Origin: Planctomycetota bacterium
Lineage (GTDB): Bacteria > Planctomycetota > PLA2 > JAEUHO01
Direction: 5' to 3'
DNA length: 64,000 bases
Assembly: GCA_965222115.1 (NCBI GenBank)
Contig: CBDCTJ010000007.1
Span: 1,248,001 to 1,312,000 of the forward strand
Shown here: piece after piece, positions 37,371-45,911 of the stretch
How the letters are laid out: every line of letters starts with the position of its first letter
Numbering within the stretch: the first letter of the stretch is position 1
Program-made: the position numbers and the translations under genes
Notes under the pieces: model-generated
The model's database searches: none
What the model saw: only the letters and a program-made list of their open reading frames with translations
What the model was told of the DNA's origin: nothing

Positions 37371-38723
37371 CTACTTCAACCCGTAGCGTTCCATCTTCTT
37401 GTAGAGGTTGGAGCGCTGCATGCCGAGGCTTTCGGCGGTGCGTTTGACGTTCCATTCGTTGTCTTGGAGGCGCATTTGAAGGAAAAGGCGTTCGCTTTCG
37501 TGCTTGAACTCCTCAAAAGTCTTTGCCGTCTTGAAGAGGTCGTCGGTGGCACCGGCGGACGTAGGGTTGCTTAGGCTCTCAAGATCCTTGACGTCGAGTT
37601 TCTTGCCATCGATCAGGATGATGGAGCGTTCCATGAGGTTGCGGAGTTGGCGGACATTGCCGGGCCAACGTTGTCGTTCCAACCACTTACGTGCTGCCTC
37701 GGTAAGTGCGGGCGGATGGGTTTCCATGTTCTTGGCGAACTGCTCCAAGAACGTCTGTGCGAGCAGCGCTACGTCTTCCTTGCGTTCTCGCAACGGTGGA
37801 ACTTCAAGTGGTACAACCGCCAGTCGGTAGTAGAGGTCTTCGCGAAATTCACCTTCTTCAGAGGCACTCTTAAGATCCTTGTTTGTTGCGGCAACCAGCC
37901 GGACATCCACGGCAATCGGTTCACTACCGCCCACGCGTTGCACGCGCTGTTCCTCGATCACACGCAACACTTTCGCTTGTGCATCGAGAGACATGTCGCC
38001 GACCTCGTCTAAGAAGAGCGTGCCGCCGTCGGCCTGTTCGAACTTCCCTTCGCGACGTTCCGTGGCGCCCGTAAATGCACCTTTCTCGTGGCCAAAGAGT
38101 TCGCTTTCCAAGAGATCTTTCGGAATTGCCGCGCAGTTCACGTCAACGAATGGACCGGATGAACGATTGCTGAGTTCATGCACGAGTCGTGCCGCGAGCT
38201 CTTTGCCAGAACCGTTCTCACCCTGAATGAGCACGCGCGCGTCGGTGGGGGCAACTTTGGCAATCATGGAACGAATGCGTTCGAGTGAAGGACTCACGCC
38301 CAACATTTCGCGAGACGTCTGCGAAAGTTGCTTGCGGAGTTTGAGGTTCTCGCCGTTGAGACGGTGCATTTGCGCGGCGTTGCGAACGGTTAGGAGCACG
38401 CGATCGCGATCGAGCGGCTTGGCAAGAAAATCAAACGCCCCTTTGCGCGTGGCGTCCATGGCGGTGTCGATGGTGGCGTGGCCGGAGATCATGACGACGG
38501 TGGTGTCGCTGTAGGTCTCGCGAATCTCGTCGAGCACTTCCATGCCATCGCGACCGGGCATCTTGATGTCGAGGAACACGAGGTCGATGTCCCTGTTGTC
38601 CTCCAGGGCCTTTAGTCCCTGATCGCCGTCCTCCGCGAGTAGGACGTCGTGGTGGGCAAAGCGCAGTACGAGGTCCAAGCTCTCGCGAATCGCCTGCTCG
38701 TCGTCCACTACCAAAATGCGCAC
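37371..38723 (-). CDS. Sigma-54-dependent response regulator (NtrC/NtrX family)
   Basis: Receiver domain (VVDDE, LDIKMP), GENGSGKE, intact GAFTGA, WPGNVRQL and a Fis-type HTH. Confidence 0.95.
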   Translation of the reverse strand: MRILVVDDEQAIRESLDLVLRFAHHDVLLAEDGDQGLKALEDNRDIDLVFLDIKMPGRDGMEVLDEIRETYSDTTVVMISGHATIDTAMDATRKGAFDFLAKPLDRDRVLLTVRNAAQMHRLNGENLKLRKQLSQTSREMLGVSPSLERIRSMIAKVAPTDARVLIQGENGSGKELAARLVHELSNRSSGPFVDVNCAAIPKDLLESELFGHEKGAFTGATERREGKFEQADGGTLFLDEVGDMSLDAQAKVLRVIEEQRVQRVGGSEPIAVDVRLVAATNKDLKSASEEGEFREDLYYRLAVVPLEVPPLRERKEDVALLAQTFLEQFAKNMETHPPALTEAARKWLERQRWPGNVRQLRNLMERSIILIDGKKLDVKDLESLSNPTSAGATDDLFKTAKTFEEFKHESERLFLQMRLQDNEWNVKRTAESLGMQRSNLYKKMERYGLK

Positions 38724-39016
38724 GGAGGATCTCCATTGCCGGCCATCCAGCGCGGCTCGCAGATACTACAGCACGCACCTTGATCAATGACCCGATTGGC
38801 CGCCCAACGTCGAAATCTTTACGCGGACCGGGATGGATCGCCAGTGCGGCCAAATGCCTACCCTCTCGGGCGCAGCGGCCAAATGACGTGGAATCCGAGG
38901 TGCATTAGAATTGCCTCTGCTGCGCCCCCATCCGTGACGTTCTTATGGCGTGCCCGCGAACTGTTCTCTGGAGAGACGTGTCGTCCTTTGATTCCCATTT
39001 TCAGGAGCCCGCTTCC

Positions 39017-39781
39017 ATGTCATCGGAGAATGACGGGTCGGAGAACGGCCGGGAGAGTGGCACATTCTCTCGAAAGATCCCGTCCGGAATGATCCCCGGA
39101 ATGATCCCCGGTTTGAATGCCCTGCGTCGGGCATGGGCCGCGCGCGCCAAGGCCAAGTCCACCGACGACGCACTCATGGTGCGTTGCGGTCGAGGGGACG
39201 AGACGGCGCTCACAGAACTCATGCGCCGCCATCGCGACGCGGCATACCGCTATGCATGGCGCATCTTTCGTGACCACCACCATGCTGAGGACGTCACGCA
39301 AGATTTCTTCATCAAGCTCTTTCGCAATGCAGAGCGCTATCAACCACGCGGCCACTTCACGACCTACTTCTACCGCGTGTTGGCCAACTTGTGTTTCGAC
39401 ATTTTGCGAAAGCGGAAGCGGCGCAAGCACATTCAGGCCATGCAGCTTGATCCCATTGCGTCCGAAGGGACCGAGTTAGAGCCCCTGGCCGCGCGCATCG
39501 ATCCCGACACGCCCATGAACGCACGCGAAACCATCGACGTGGTTCATCGCTCCTTACTTGATTTGCCATCACGTGTGCGCGCCGTCCTAGAACTACGCGA
39601 GTTTGAAGGACTTCGTTATCGCGAGATTGCCGAAGTGCTCGACCTCTCGCTCAATGAAGTGAAGGTGTTGCTCCATCGCGGACGCAAATTGCTGGCGCGC
39701 GCCTTGCGTGAGACCGACATTGGTCGCGACTGGATTGAGTCACGTCGGCACGATAGCCAGCGACGGGGGTGGTCGTCATGA
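39017..39781 (+). CDS. ECF RNA polymerase sigma factor
   Basis: AEDVTQDFF, FTTYFYRV and region 4 LRYREIAEVL...VKVLLHRGR. AGGAG RBS before ATG 39017. Confidence 0.93.
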   Translation: MSSENDGSENGRESGTFSRKIPSGMIPGMIPGLNALRRAWAARAKAKSTDDALMVRCGRGDETALTELMRRHRDAAYRYAWRIFRDHHHAEDVTQDFFIKLFRNAERYQPRGHFTTYFYRVLANLCFDILRKRKRRKHIQAMQLDPIASEGTELEPLAARIDPDTPMNARETIDVVHRSLLDLPSRVRAVLELREFEGLRYREIAEVLDLSLNEVKVLLHRGRKLLARALRETDIGRDWIESRRHDSQRRGWSS

Positions 39782-42003
39782 CGCGCGCCTCCCGCCCCTC
39801 CCAACCTGCCATGCCATCGCGAGGGTTGCCCGGCGAATGCGAATGGGTCTTGGCCCACGTATCGGATTACATCGATCGTGAGCTCTCGCACGACAACGAA
39901 CAGCGCATGGACCGCCATCTCGAATCGTGTCGAACCTGTTTGCATACGACGCAGCAAATTGAGTCTACGTCACGTGTATTGAAGCGGTGGGACGCCGAGC
40001 GCAATCGCGGGCAGACACCTGCGCTACGCATTGAACGTGCCGTACTTAGCCGCGCGGCGTCTGTGGGGCGTGTGCGTCGCCGGGCGCGACGTCAACATCG
40101 TCTGTGGCATATGAAGATGGTTGGCATCGCGTTGCTGACCATTGGTGCGGGGGCGTGGTTTGGCCTGCGAGCGGATGAGTCCAACACGTCGAGCGCAGAA
40201 TTGCATGCGCCCCATACGTATGCGCCCCAAACATCACCGGCACTCGCCGACTTGCATGTGGGTCCGGCGCTTCGTGCGCGTGATGACCTTGTTGCGCGTC
40301 GTGTGGCCCTATCTGAAAGCAGAAGGTCTGAAGGCAATCAGTCAGATGACGGCTTGTTTGGCCGCCGCGCCGTATCAACAATTGCGTCGCTTCCGGCATT
40401 GGTGCCACAGACACGGGTAGCCTTTGAACCGGGTGCCCACGCCACGCCGCCCGCATCGTGGAAGCCGTTCCGTCCCATGGAACCGCCTACGTCCATGCTT
40501 GCGGCCATTGAGCTGCGCCGCCAACGCACCGCACGGCTTTCCGATCGACTTGGACTCGATCCGTTGCATGCCCAGTGGGTGCCAGTCCGTCGTTTGGACA
40601 ATGGATCGATGGTGCGCCTTGACGCCATGATGGAGGCAAGTCTGCGCGCGGAAGACGTCCACTACATTCCCGGGCACGCGTGGAACCGACTTGTGCGCAG
40701 CCCGTCGCTTAGTTCGTTGCTTGTGGGTGCCCGGCGTGTGGATCCACGGGGTGCAGTGATTCCGGCGACATCGCTTGAAACGCCGTCGCGCTCTAGCGTT
40801 GAAGCGCCCGCGGATGGTGAGCGACTTGACACGTCGATTGTCAACTTCGTGCAGGACATACGCCCGCTTGCACGGTGGGTGCGCGCGTTGAAGAAGGGGC
40901 GAGATGAGTCGCTCCTCAGCGCGACGAGCAAGCTGAATGGCGTTTCCCTGCTAGGTGGCGCGCGCGTTTCGGTGCTTCCGTCCTCAACCGCGCGCGGGAG
41001 TGAAGACGCTTCGCGCCCGCGTTACGCCGACCCCCTCCGACTTCAAAAGCAAGGCAACCTTTCGTTTCAAGCAGGTTCGCGCGCCGATCAAGTGATTGCG
41101 TTCGTTTCGGGAACGACGAGGCCAACCTATTTGGCGGCCGGGCAGTTGCTTTCCGGTGGCGCGACGGACCGCATGATTACGGCACCCGTCACACTGCCTG
41201 CCACGGACGGTGAGCAGCGATTCGCGATTCGTTGTGTGCCGGTGCGAAACGGTGTGGCACGCCCAGCAGATAAGACGCCGATTACTCTTGAAGCCGCGGT
41301 GGCGGGGCCGACGCTGAGGCGCCTGCTTGCCGAGCGTCAATCCAGCGAGTCGATTCAGCGGTGGGTTAATTGGTACGTTGACATCGCGTATCGACTCCGC
41401 CGCACGCGTGCACCCGTGCTCGGCCGCAGCCTCTTGGATGTTCCGGGTTTGATTCGGTTCAAGTCCGGCGACAAGTTGATTCCCTATACGACTTTTGCCA
41501 AGCAACGCGAACGTGAACTCATGCAGGCCCTCGAACGTCAAGGCGCGCTGGGTCTTGTGATGTTTCGACGGGGTGGCGACGTCTCTCGGACTCGTCAGGG
41601 TGTTATTGATGCCGACTCGGCGGTGCCGGCGGGCATGGATGTACTCCACTTTGCTGGTCCGTACCGCGCGCGCCTTCTTGCCCAGTTTGCACTTTCGTTC
41701 GAGCTAGAAAGTTTCTTGCATCAATCCGCCGTGGTGCTGAGCGTTCGCCCACCCGAGTCGCTATCGACGCGTTCAATCAGGCCGTTGCCTTGGCGCGAGA
41801 TCGTTCAAGACGGTTTGCCGATGTATCGCCAATTGGGACTCTTGCGCGATGCGCCCACGACGACGGCCACAATTTCACCCAAGGCAGTTGGTACGCCAAT
41901 GACGAGCGGAGCGCGCCGTAGCCCCTTGGCGGGCCATGCCATGTGGCTGTCCAATGACGAAGCAACCGCAGACGTTCTAACGCTGCACCTCTTCATCGAT
42001 TAG
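39778..42003 (+). CDS. zf-HC2 anti-sigma factor with TM helix and large extracytoplasmic (ARPP-1/DUF6569-like) region
   Basis: C...YIDREL...HLESCRTC zinc motif, TM helix, ATGA overlap with the sigma gene. Confidence 0.8.
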   Translation: MTRASRPSQPAMPSRGLPGECEWVLAHVSDYIDRELSHDNEQRMDRHLESCRTCLHTTQQIESTSRVLKRWDAERNRGQTPALRIERAVLSRAASVGRVRRRARRQHRLWHMKMVGIALLTIGAGAWFGLRADESNTSSAELHAPHTYAPQTSPALADLHVGPALRARDDLVARRVALSESRRSEGNQSDDGLFGRRAVSTIASLPALVPQTRVAFEPGAHATPPASWKPFRPMEPPTSMLAAIELRRQRTARLSDRLGLDPLHAQWVPVRRLDNGSMVRLDAMMEASLRAEDVHYIPGHAWNRLVRSPSLSSLLVGARRVDPRGAVIPATSLETPSRSSVEAPADGERLDTSIVNFVQDIRPLARWVRALKKGRDESLLSATSKLNGVSLLGGARVSVLPSSTARGSEDASRPRYADPLRLQKQGNLSFQAGSRADQVIAFVSGTTRPTYLAAGQLLSGGATDRMITAPVTLPATDGEQRFAIRCVPVRNGVARPADKTPITLEAAVAGPTLRRLLAERQSSESIQRWVNWYVDIAYRLRRTRAPVLGRSLLDVPGLIRFKSGDKLIPYTTFAKQRERELMQALERQGALGLVMFRRGGDVSRTRQGVIDADSAVPAGMDVLHFAGPYRARLLAQFALSFELESFLHQSAVVLSVRPPESLSTRSIRPLPWREIVQDGLPMYRQLGLLRDAPTTTATISPKAVGTPMTSGARRSPLAGHAMWLSNDEATADVLTLHLFID

Positions 42004-42023
42004 TTCATTCATCGATAAGTTCA
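41992..42023. repeat. 2x16-bp duplication spanning the anti-sigma stop codon
   Basis: TTCATCGATTAGTTCA / TTCATCGATAAGTTCA. Confidence 0.75.
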
Positions 42024-42137
42024 TCGGTTGGCTCTGTTGGCCAGTACGTGGTTTGTCGCCTCGGTAGCGGCGAGTCGCGTTCGTGCGGATGGATCCGTGA
42101 ACCCGCGCGAGTTACGAAAGTTCACATGGGAACCGAG

Positions 42138-42539
42138 TTATGGCAGCGCCTTCGCGGTATTGCGGTCGGCGCCGTCGTAGGCCCAAACCGAGACCGGTGC
42201 ACCGATGCGATCCGTAAGGCGCTTGCAGATCTTCTCGCAAAGTGCCTTTGCCTCCGGATCGCTATCGCCGGTGACGAGGATCTCAAGGCGATAGTATTTC
42301 GAGCTTGGGCGCCATGCCATGCGTCCGCGCACGCCTTCAAACTCACGATGGCCCTCAAACGTCTCTTCGACGTATTCCACCATTTCTTCGCACTTTTCAG
42401 GTCCGAGTTTTACGACCTCGGATTCGCCAAAGATGCCCTTGATTTTGTCGCGATTGTCATAGGCCGCGTAGGCCACACCTGCCAGCGCCAAGAACATGAC
42501 AAGACTTACGAGTGGGTTGCGGGGTTTGCGCGTTGCCAT
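42138..42539 (-). CDS. Small exported or membrane-anchored hypothetical protein
   Basis: GGAG RBS, basic N-terminus plus hydrophobic helix, typical codon usage. Confidence 0.7.
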   Translation of the reverse strand: MATRKPRNPLVSLVMFLALAGVAYAAYDNRDKIKGIFGESEVVKLGPEKCEEMVEYVEETFEGHREFEGVRGRMAWRPSSKYYRLEILVTGDSDPEAKALCEKICKRLTDRIGAPVSVWAYDGADRNTAKALP

Positions 42540-42717
42540 CGACTTCGATCTCCACTTCGTTGCCGACTCAAGCGCCCCGCGGGGCGACGTGACAGCAACA
42601 CCATCGCCTTTTCATCGACAACCGGCGTGGACAGACGTAAGCACGATTTGCGTTAGGTCGTATTTCGTGTGTGTTGGAGGCGGAACCATCCGTCGATTTG
42701 GGGTAGGTTCGGCTCTC

Positions 42718-43122
42718 GTGAGTTCCGAACCACCGCCCACCTCCTCGCAGGACCGTGATTCGCTGAGCGGGCCATCGGTACCCTGGCCTCCAGCGGGCGC
42801 CAAGACTCGGCGTGTGACCATTGTTGAGCGCATCGAGAGCGATGGCACTCGCGTCTACGAACGTACCCATGGCGACCCGCTGGAATCGGTTCACGCGCAT
42901 GGTCTCATTTGGCTGCTCGATGAACATGATCGCGCGCCCACGCCCACCGAGGCCGGGCGTGCGCAGATCGAGCTGCAGATTGCAACGACGTCCATGCGCG
43001 GCGGGCGAGTGGGTCACACCTACGCACTTAATGGCGGCGTGTTGGGGGCGCCCGGTGCAGACCATGTGCGCGGCGTTCTTTGGCGTTTTCTTGAGCGCGC
43101 CGTTGCCGACCTTTCGCAATGA
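42718..43122 (+). CDS. Hypothetical protein (start uncertain)
   Basis: 3' part of the 42496-43122 ORF, after it clears the opposite-strand gene. No recognised motif. Confidence 0.35.
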   Translation: MSSEPPPTSSQDRDSLSGPSVPWPPAGAKTRRVTIVERIESDGTRVYERTHGDPLESVHAHGLIWLLDEHDRAPTPTEAGRAQIELQIATTSMRGGRVGHTYALNGGVLGAPGADHVRGVLWRFLERAVADLSQ

Positions 43123-43205
43123 GCGGTATTCTCTCGCCCACGTAGCCGCGATCGTCTCAACACGTGCCGATCGACGTTGCGTCCCTGGGAGGGTGCGAAG
43201 CAGTC

Positions 43206-43691
43206 GTGGGCTTCTTGGTGACATGGCTCGTTTTGGCGGCGTTCTGGTTTGGCCTTTCTGGCTACACCGACGGCGTGCATCTAACGTTCGGCGCGTGTGC
43301 CGTAACGTTGGTGGCCGCCGTGTCTCATCGATACCTCACGGGCCAAGCGCGACTCGGCGCACTGGTGGGGCGTTTTATGCGCATGATCACCTACGGCCCG
43401 TGGCTCCTGTGGCAAATCGTGCTCGCCAATGTGGACGTGCTGATGCGTGTGCTCGGTTTGCGGGCGATTGACCCGTGCGTGGTCCGCATTCGCCCCGATT
43501 TGGAATCCGAGTTTGGCCTGGTGACATTGGCCAACAGCATCACCTTGACGCCCGGCACCGTTACCGTTGAAGTCGAAGACGACGGTGAACTGGTGATTCA
43601 TGCGCTGAGCCGCTCGGCCGCGGATGCGGTCATGTCACGCGTGATGGAGCAGCGCGTGCGTTGGCTTGAAGGACGGAACGCACGCAAATGA
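43206..43691 (+). CDS. mrpE: Na+/H+ antiporter subunit E
   Basis: LANSITLTPGTVTV and LVIHAL motifs. Start at GTG 43206 or 43164. Confidence 0.93.
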   Translation: MGFLVTWLVLAAFWFGLSGYTDGVHLTFGACAVTLVAAVSHRYLTGQARLGALVGRFMRMITYGPWLLWQIVLANVDVLMRVLGLRAIDPCVVRIRPDLESEFGLVTLANSITLTPGTVTVEVEDDGELVIHALSRSAADAVMSRVMEQRVRWLEGRNARK

Positions 43692-43996
43692 ATGCCGTCC
43701 TTACTGCATCGGTCGTTGTAATCTTACTGGGTGTGCTCACCGTGGGCGTGCGCGTCTTGAAGGGTCCGCGCCTCCTGGATCGCATTCTGGCGACCAATGT
43801 TATTGGCACCAAAACGATCGTTCTCTTGGCATTAATTGGCTTTCTCGCGGGCCGCCCCGGCTTCTTTCTCGATATCGCGTTGGCCTACGCGCTGATCAAC
43901 TTCATCGCCACCATTGCCGTGCTTCGTTACCTGGAGCGCAAAGTGCTGCGCAAGCGCGCGCGGACGCAGTCCTCGACCGAGGGGGCTTCGTCATGA
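43688..43996 (+). CDS. mrpF: Na+/H+ antiporter subunit F
   Basis: GPRLLDRIL and DIALAYALINFIAT motifs. Confidence 0.92.
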   Translation: MNAVLTASVVVILLGVLTVGVRVLKGPRLLDRILATNVIGTKTIVLLALIGFLAGRPGFFLDIALAYALINFIATIAVLRYLERKVLRKRARTQSSTEGASS

Positions 43997-44340
43997 GCGC
44001 ACTAGGCATCTTTGGCAGCGTCTTGATTGTGCTCGGCGTGATCACCATGTTGGTGGGCGCTATTGGCGTGGTGCGCTTTCCCGACTTCTTTACGCGATTG
44101 CATGCCGCGGGGAAGGGCGACACGTTGGGGCAAGGGCTCGTATTGCTTGGCTTGCTCTGCTTTACGACGTCGTTCCAAGACGGGTTTAAGTTGGTGCTAA
44201 TTGTTGTCTTCATTCTGATCGTGAACCCAACCGCAACGCACGCGTTGGCACGTGCCGCTTGGTTACAAGGACTCACGCCATGGGTGGCGCCCGATAAGAA
44301 GCCATCGGGTGAGGCAAGCGGGTCGGAGGAGGCGATCTAA
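43993..44340 (+). CDS. mrpG: Na+/H+ antiporter subunit G
   Basis: RFPDFFTRLHAAGKGDTLG and PTATHALARAA. ATGA overlap with mrpF. Confidence 0.93.
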   Translation: MSALGIFGSVLIVLGVITMLVGAIGVVRFPDFFTRLHAAGKGDTLGQGLVLLGLLCFTTSFQDGFKLVLIVVFILIVNPTATHALARAAWLQGLTPWVAPDKKPSGEASGSEEAI

Positions 44341-45017
44341 TGGAGAACCTCACCCTCGCCATTCTGATTGTGCTTGCTGTTGCTGCCGTGCGTGCGCGTG
44401 ACCTCGTGGCGGCCACCGCAATCTTGGGCGCCTACAGTTTGATGATGGCGTTTCTGTGGGCGCAAATGAACGCGCTCGATGTGAGCTTTACGGAAGCGGC
44501 CGTGGGCGCTGGCATTTCAACTGTGCTCATGCTTGCCGCGATTCGTCGCATTGGGCGTTCGGAGCGGCGAACGTCGTACAACTTGATGGTTGGCCCTGTT
44601 CTGTCCACGTTGCGCGTGCGCCGCGACGAATGGGAGCGTCGCGGGCAGCGCGCGTGGATGGACAAGGCCGGCGCACTTATCGTTTGTGCGTTGGTGGGTA
44701 TGGCCATGCTTTACGGCATGCGCGACATGCCGCGTGTGGGCGATCCAAATTCGCCGGCGAACTCCCATCCGCTCGTCGCACAACGGTACATCCACAAGTC
44801 GCCGAATCTCCATGGGCATCATGAGCCCTACGGAGAGGTTGGCTCGGCTAACATCGTGACGTCGGTGCTGGGTGACTATCGCGGTTACGACACGATGGGC
44901 GAAACCGTGGTGATCTTTACGGCATCGCTCTGTGTCCTGTTATTGCTGCGTGGTGCCGGTACGCCCCGTCGACGGGAAGAGGATGAAACACCGCCCTCTC
45001 CATCGGGGGGCTCATGA
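44340..45017 (+). CDS. Mrp subunit: DUF4040 (MrpA C-terminal-like) fused to MnhB N-terminal part
   Basis: ALDVSFTEAAVGAG and NIVTSVLGDYRGYDTMGE motifs. Confidence 0.85.
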   Translation: MENLTLAILIVLAVAAVRARDLVAATAILGAYSLMMAFLWAQMNALDVSFTEAAVGAGISTVLMLAAIRRIGRSERRTSYNLMVGPVLSTLRVRRDEWERRGQRAWMDKAGALIVCALVGMAMLYGMRDMPRVGDPNSPANSHPLVAQRYIHKSPNLHGHHEPYGEVGSANIVTSVLGDYRGYDTMGETVVIFTASLCVLLLLRGAGTPRRREEDETPPSPSGGS

Positions 45018-45535
45018 ATACTACGGCGCCCCCCTCCAGTAGCCGCTCGGGCATCAACTACACCAACGTTGTCATACGCTTCATTGCGCGGCCGATGGTG
45101 CCGTTCATTCAATTGTATGCGCTTTACGTGCTTGGCCACGGCGAAGATGGGCCGGGCGGCGGGTTCCAAGGCGGTGTGATTTTTGCAGCAAGTTTTGTGC
45201 TACTCGCGCTGTCGCAAACGTGGGAGCAAGGGCGCGATGCGTTCCCGCAGACATTGGCCGACTTTTTAGCGCCAACTGGATGCTTGGTATATGCCGGTGT
45301 GGGCGTGATTTGCATGTTGGCCGGTGGCATGTTCTTGCAATACGGTGCCCTTGCGGGGAGCAACCCAACCCCCGCGGCTGAGAACCACGCCCACCACTAC
45401 GGGCTGATCGCGATTGAACTTGGTGTGATGATCACGGTGACCGCCAGCATGGTCACACTCTTCTTTGAGATGGCGCGCGACGACGACGACGCCGTCTTTG
45501 ACGATGAAGATGAAGAGGATGCGCCCAATGAGTGA
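45014..45535 (+). CDS. mrpB: Na+/H+ antiporter subunit B
   Basis: HGEDGPGGGFQGG motif. Confidence 0.9.
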   Translation: MNTTAPPSSSRSGINYTNVVIRFIARPMVPFIQLYALYVLGHGEDGPGGGFQGGVIFAASFVLLALSQTWEQGRDAFPQTLADFLAPTGCLVYAGVGVICMLAGGMFLQYGALAGSNPTPAAENHAHHYGLIAIELGVMITVTASMVTLFFEMARDDDDAVFDDEDEEDAPNE

Positions 45536-45911
45536 CATCTTCGATTACGTCGCGCTGCACTACAAATACATCGTCTATGCGGTGTTGATGTTGATCGGTG
45601 TGTATGCGGTGATGGCCAAGGGCAACCTTGTGAAAAAGGTCATCGGCCTCAACTTGCTGCAAACCGCCGTGTTTCTGTTCTACATCTCGGCGGGGCGCGT
45701 GGACAACGGCACGGTCCCGGTGGTGTGGCCCGACAAACCCGAAGGCATCAACTACGAAAATCCCTTGCCCCACGTGTTGATGCTCACTGCCATTGTCGTG
45801 GGCGTATCCATCACCGCGGTGGCACTGGCACTCATCGTCCGGATTCGTGCGGCTTACGGCACCGTCAATGAAGGCGAGATCCTCGCTCTCGATGAATCGG
45901 AGGATGCTTGA
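45528..45911 (+). CDS. mrpC: Na+/H+ antiporter subunit C
   Basis: NLVKKVIGL and NPLPHVLMLTAIVVG motifs. Confidence 0.93.
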   Translation: MSDIFDYVALHYKYIVYAVLMLIGVYAVMAKGNLVKKVIGLNLLQTAVFLFYISAGRVDNGTVPVVWPDKPEGINYENPLPHVLMLTAIVVGVSITAVALALIVRIRAAYGTVNEGEILALDESEDA

